Position numbers and translations under genes: made by a program. From positions 1-29,783 of the IMG/VR virus record IMGVR_UViG_3300020059_000008: a stretch of DNA of 29,783 bases. The stretch is one strand, 5' to 3'. Positions 26,230 to 29,783 of the stretch are shown here, one piece after another; positions within the stretch are counted from its first letter, which is position 1, and every line of letters starts with the position of its first letter. The stretch is from a virus (Duplodnaviria > Caudoviricetes). Below the pieces are notes generated by a model. It was given only the letters and a program-made list of their open reading frames with translations. It searched no databases and was not told the origin of the DNA.

Positions 26230-27520
26230 TTCACTTTCCACATTATCCTCAGTTCCAACATCAAATGTCATTCCCATCATCAAGTCTGGATCAACAGTAC
26301 GGGAGTTTTACGATCTGTACTTCAGTTATGTAGGCTCGACCGAAGCACCTCGTATCTTCCACAGATGGTGTGCCATATCAGGAATTGCAGCTTTATTGGA
26401 GAGACAATGCTGGCTTCCATTTGGTCACGGAAACATCTATCCTAACATGTATGTGATGCTCATGGGATCTCCTGGCACAAGAAAAGACACATCAATCAAC
26501 ATAATCAAACATTGCTTAGAGAGGCAGGGATTTAGCCGCTTCTCGGCTGACCGTACTTCCAAGGAGAGATTTCTCATGGACATGAGATCATCATGCTTTG
26601 GTGATGTAGATGATACAACAGAAGAAGAGTTTCTTGAACTTCCTCTCGACATTAACGCTGCACGTTACATCGTAGCGGGTGAATTCTTGGATTTTGCTGG
26701 AAAGGGTAACATTGAATTCATAACAATGTTAGGTAAGTTGTGGGATAATATTGCTGTGTACGATCATCCAAAATTACATGGCAGAAGTATTACCCTAAAC
26801 AATCCTACAGTAAACATGCTTGCTGGGAATACACCACAGAACTTCGCATTAGCTGTACCTGCTGAAGCTACTGGATCAGGCTTTATGTCACGCATACTTC
26901 TAATTCATGGTGAGACTACAGGAGTTAAGATCACCTTCCCAGAATCTCCAAGTGAATCATCTCAACATGCTCTCGATGCTCATATCACACAGATCATGAC
27001 AGAGGTAAGAGGTGCTTTCACACTTTCTCAAGCAGCACAAGATGTCTGTACTCGTCTCTACAAAGGGTATACTGATATCGAAGACCATCGCTTTGCACAT
27101 TATTCAACAAGACGGTTCACTCATCTACTTAAACTTGTCATGTGCTTCACAGCTGCACGGGTATCAACTGAGATTTCATATTCTGATGTAGTACAGGCAA
27201 ATACTCTCCTCTATTACACTGAAGCAAGAATGCCTAAAGCTCTGGGTGAGTATGGTAAGAGTAGAAACAGTGATGTGAGTAACACTGTGCTTGATATTGT
27301 AAGGAGAAGTAAAGTACCAATCAACGCAACAAGAATTTGGAAGAGTGTTGCACAGGATCTAAACAGACAAGAGGAGATGAGTGATATACTAAAGAGCTTA
27401 ACACAGGTGGGAAAAATCAAGAGTGCAAATGGAGGCTTCGTTCCTCATTATGAGAAAACAGTAGTGTGGGAGGAAAGCCTCCTTGATAAATCATTTTTAA
27501 CCTGGGAAGAGATGACATGA
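26195..27520 (+). CDS. DUF3987-like AAA+ ATPase (putative replicative helicase)
   Basis: YPNMYVMLMGSPGTRK, L..LWD, GFMSR arginine-finger-like motif, C-terminal winged-helix-like segment. Confidence 0.7.
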   Translation: MSTIPPLPISTNSLSTLSSVPTSNVIPIIKSGSTVREFYDLYFSYVGSTEAPRIFHRWCAISGIAALLERQCWLPFGHGNIYPNMYVMLMGSPGTRKDTSINIIKHCLERQGFSRFSADRTSKERFLMDMRSSCFGDVDDTTEEEFLELPLDINAARYIVAGEFLDFAGKGNIEFITMLGKLWDNIAVYDHPKLHGRSITLNNPTVNMLAGNTPQNFALAVPAEATGSGFMSRILLIHGETTGVKITFPESPSESSQHALDAHITQIMTEVRGAFTLSQAAQDVCTRLYKGYTDIEDHRFAHYSTRRFTHLLKLVMCFTAARVSTEISYSDVVQANTLLYYTEARMPKALGEYGKSRNSDVSNTVLDIVRRSKVPINATRIWKSVAQDLNRQEEMSDILKSLTQVGKIKSANGGFVPHYEKTVVWEESLLDKSFLTWEEMT

Positions 27521-28101
27521 CAACCGAGCAGAATCAATATATCAATGTGATGTGTGATCTGGAAACTCTGGGAACGAGGCCAGGATGCAAGTTGCTAAGT
27601 ATTGCAGCAGTGCCATTCTTGCTTGAGAAAGATGAAGATCAACTTGCATCATTCTACGAGAAGATAAGACGAGACAGTTATTACGTAGTATTTCATGAAG
27701 ATATTTCCACGCTCTTGTGGTGGGAAGATCAGAGTAAAGAAGCAAGAGTTGAAGCTTTTAGTGGTAACAAAGGAATAGCTCAAGTGCTAGGTGAATTTAC
27801 TACATGGTGCAGTAGTATCACCTATAATGGAAGAAAGATACTATTCTGGGGAAATGGAGCAGACTTTGATAATGCTATTCTGCAAGAAACTTATAAACTC
27901 TGCGGACTCAAAGCACCTTGGGAATACTTTAATAACAGATGCTATCGTACGTTAAAAGCACTGTTTCCTCAAATACCATATACTAAACCAAAAATAGCAC
28001 ATAATGCATTGGAAGATGCTAAGGCTCAGGCTGTTCATGCAGAGCACATACTCAGAACAGTAGAAGCTTGTGAAGATCACATACAGGAGATTACAGGATG
28101 A
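27517..28101 (+). CDS. DEDDh 3'-5' exonuclease (Rv2179c/DUF5051-like)
   Basis: MCDLETLG, WGNGADFD..IL, PW....RCYRT, HNALEDA..QA. Confidence 0.9.
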   Translation: MTTEQNQYINVMCDLETLGTRPGCKLLSIAAVPFLLEKDEDQLASFYEKIRRDSYYVVFHEDISTLLWWEDQSKEARVEAFSGNKGIAQVLGEFTTWCSSITYNGRKILFWGNGADFDNAILQETYKLCGLKAPWEYFNNRCYRTLKALFPQIPYTKPKIAHNALEDAKAQAVHAEHILRTVEACEDHIQEITG

Positions 28102-28442
28102 CACTCCAACTTAAAATGAATGAGTTTGATAATCGCACATCAGCAGAACTTGCAGCTGAAAGCTTTAGTGGAATACGCACTAATGATATAATGAGTCGAT
28201 TTGAGATTTGGATTGCAGGACAAATGGATAGAACACTCACGTATGAGAGATTCTGGAGAGAGCCTCACAGTCTAGAAACAGTGTACTGTGAAGCGTTTGG
28301 ACTAAAGAAGGTAACACTAAGTGGAGCTGTGGCGGAGGCTATCAGAGAGATAGCTGGGAGGAAGAGAGGGATTGCAGAGATGGAGGATACGGAAGAGGGG
28401 AGGAGGATACTTGATAACACAGGAAGGAAGATTGAGGACTAG
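28098..28442 (+). CDS. Hypothetical protein
   Basis: AGGAG SD, ATGA overlap; last gene of the rightward unit. Confidence 0.75.
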   Translation: MTLQLKMNEFDNRTSAELAAESFSGIRTNDIMSRFEIWIAGQMDRTLTYERFWREPHSLETVYCEAFGLKKVTLSGAVAEAIREIAGRKRGIAEMEDTEEGRRILDNTGRKIED

Positions 28443-29783
28443 AAGTTTGTTGTAATCATCTGTTGCAGAGGAGAATCAGCCTTTAACCTCTTCTGCAACT
28501 TGTGATCAATACCTGCCCCAGAGGTGGCTACTGCCTCATTAATAGCAGAAGACCAACCCGTAGCAGTCCCTGATCTGAGATATTCTCCAGCAATGTGATC
28601 CATCACACCATCGTCTGCAAGAGTACCAGAACGAATTGCAGTCTTGAGTGTCTCAGTAGCCTCCTTCTTATTTGCTGAATCAAGTGTAGCATGAAAAGAT
28701 GCAGTGTAGTCGATCTCACGCTTCACCTGCTCTTCTGTACTGCGAGAGGAGAGGATTCGACTCATTAATCCTGGAATGGACCAAACCTCTGAAGACGTAG
28801 CAACTGTATTACCTTCTCTGCTTAATGCTCCAACAGCACTAACTCCACTATCAGCTGAAGCATCAGGCAGTGGGATTATTTCAGCTATTCTTGCTATTGG
28901 CCTATTCATACTCTGCATGCTTAATCCCTCAAGTAATCCTCTAACCTTTGCACTCAATCCCTGACTCTCCATCACCTTTGTCATGGCATGTGCAGTAGCA
29001 CCATAGAACTGCTTTACCACATTTACTGCTGCAATCTGATCAAGAGGAGAATTTTGAGAGATGACAGGTATACGTGGTTGTAGATCACCTCTCGTATAGA
29101 GGCCAACTCCCATGCTTGCAGGTAAACCATATGTTACAAACTCAGCAAGAGCGTTAGGAAGAGCACGATATGTTCCGGTTGTTAAATCATAATGCTTATC
29201 GGAGAAATGTGATGCAATTGTCTTTGAAAAGAGATCATAACCAGGAAGTGAAGAGGTTCCGAATAATCCGGCTTGTATCAGCATCTGTGCAGCGAGAGGC
29301 CCTTTTGCTCCCTCTTCTATGCTACGATACATACTTTGACCCCAAGTTAACATATATGTCTGAAATAATCCCAAAGCCACACCAGCAGTCCCTTGAAATA
29401 ACGCAGGACGTTGAGCAGCATGATAGTTTCCAATCACACGATTCATAAAGCGTCTAGCAAAGATGTCTGCTGCTTCATCAGTGATCCCTGGATAAGCTAC
29501 ACGTGCAGCTTGAAAACCAATGCTGACAGCCAGCAGTCTAGTCTCACTCTCCATCTTATCTGACGGCTTCGAGAGTAGTGCAATGATTCCATCCTTCTTG
29601 TTCATTGCTGCATTGATCTTCCCAAATGTTCCTGTTCCTCCAAGGTCGATCATACTCTTCAGCTGGGATGCCTCACTTACGATTGGAGAAGTGATACCAT
29701 CTGCTGCCCACCTCTCACGCATAGCTTTAGAAGCGTCAGACCAGCGAAAGCGTACTCCATCATAGATTGCACGGACTGGAAAG
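28439..29783 (-). CDS. C-terminal part of a large putative internal virion (ejection) protein, partial
   Basis: Frame stays open from 29722 to the window edge (FPVRAIYDGVRFRWSDASKAM); RP..FQG..G....LFQTY and A/G-rich amphipathic segments resemble podovirus ejection proteins. Confidence 0.6.
   Translation of the reverse strand, partial: FPVRAIYDGVRFRWSDASKAMRERWAADGITSPIVSEASQLKSMIDLGGTGTFGKINAAMNKKDGIIALLSKPSDKMESETRLLAVSIGFQAARVAYPGITDEAADIFARRFMNRVIGNYHAAQRPALFQGTAGVALGLFQTYMLTWGQSMYRSIEEGAKGPLAAQMLIQAGLFGTSSLPGYDLFSKTIASHFSDKHYDLTTGTYRALPNALAEFVTYGLPASMGVGLYTRGDLQPRIPVISQNSPLDQIAAVNVVKQFYGATAHAMTKVMESQGLSAKVRGLLEGLSMQSMNRPIARIAEIIPLPDASADSGVSAVGALSREGNTVATSSEVWSIPGLMSRILSSRSTEEQVKREIDYTASFHATLDSANKKEATETLKTAIRSGTLADDGVMDHIAGEYLRSGTATGWSSAINEAVATSGAGIDHKLQKRLKADSPLQQMITTNF

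Noticed and set aside
28439-28442. Terminator between the convergent transcription units
   Set aside because: The two stop codons overlap in CTAG with no intergenic space or obvious hairpin.
1-29783. Stop-codon recoding
   Set aside because: Conserved genes are full length in the standard code and TAG, TGA and TAA all end genes at tight junctions.
1-29783. Prophage/temperate module, tRNAs, introns or inteins
   Set aside because: No integrase, repressor or cloverleaf recognised; terL, helicase and polymerase look uninterrupted.

Overview
About 30 kb of a tailed dsDNA phage genome, probably a podovirus-like lytic phage (no integrase, repressor, tRNA or CRISPR seen). Left part, minus strand: a packaging/head operon (putative TerS, TerL, portal, scaffold, major capsid) with two nucleotide-signal counter-defence genes, acb2 and a RyR-domain gene, inserted between portal and scaffold. 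Middle: a non-coding stretch (8.7-9.2 kb) with clustered G.A-mismatch/GNA-loop DNA hairpin motifs, four small leftward genes, and a ~615 bp degenerate inverted repeat (10954-11570) where transcription diverges. Right part, plus strand: early/replication genes (RecD/Dda-like helicase, Cas4-like nuclease, Sak4-like ATPase, SSB-like protein, family A polymerase with His at the 762 position, DUF3987-like helicase, DEDDh exonuclease, two DUF1640-like membrane proteins, a small Ogr/Delta-like zinc finger missed by the ORF track). These converge on the 3' end of a large putative internal virion protein gene. All family calls come from motif recognition by eye; no database searches were run.
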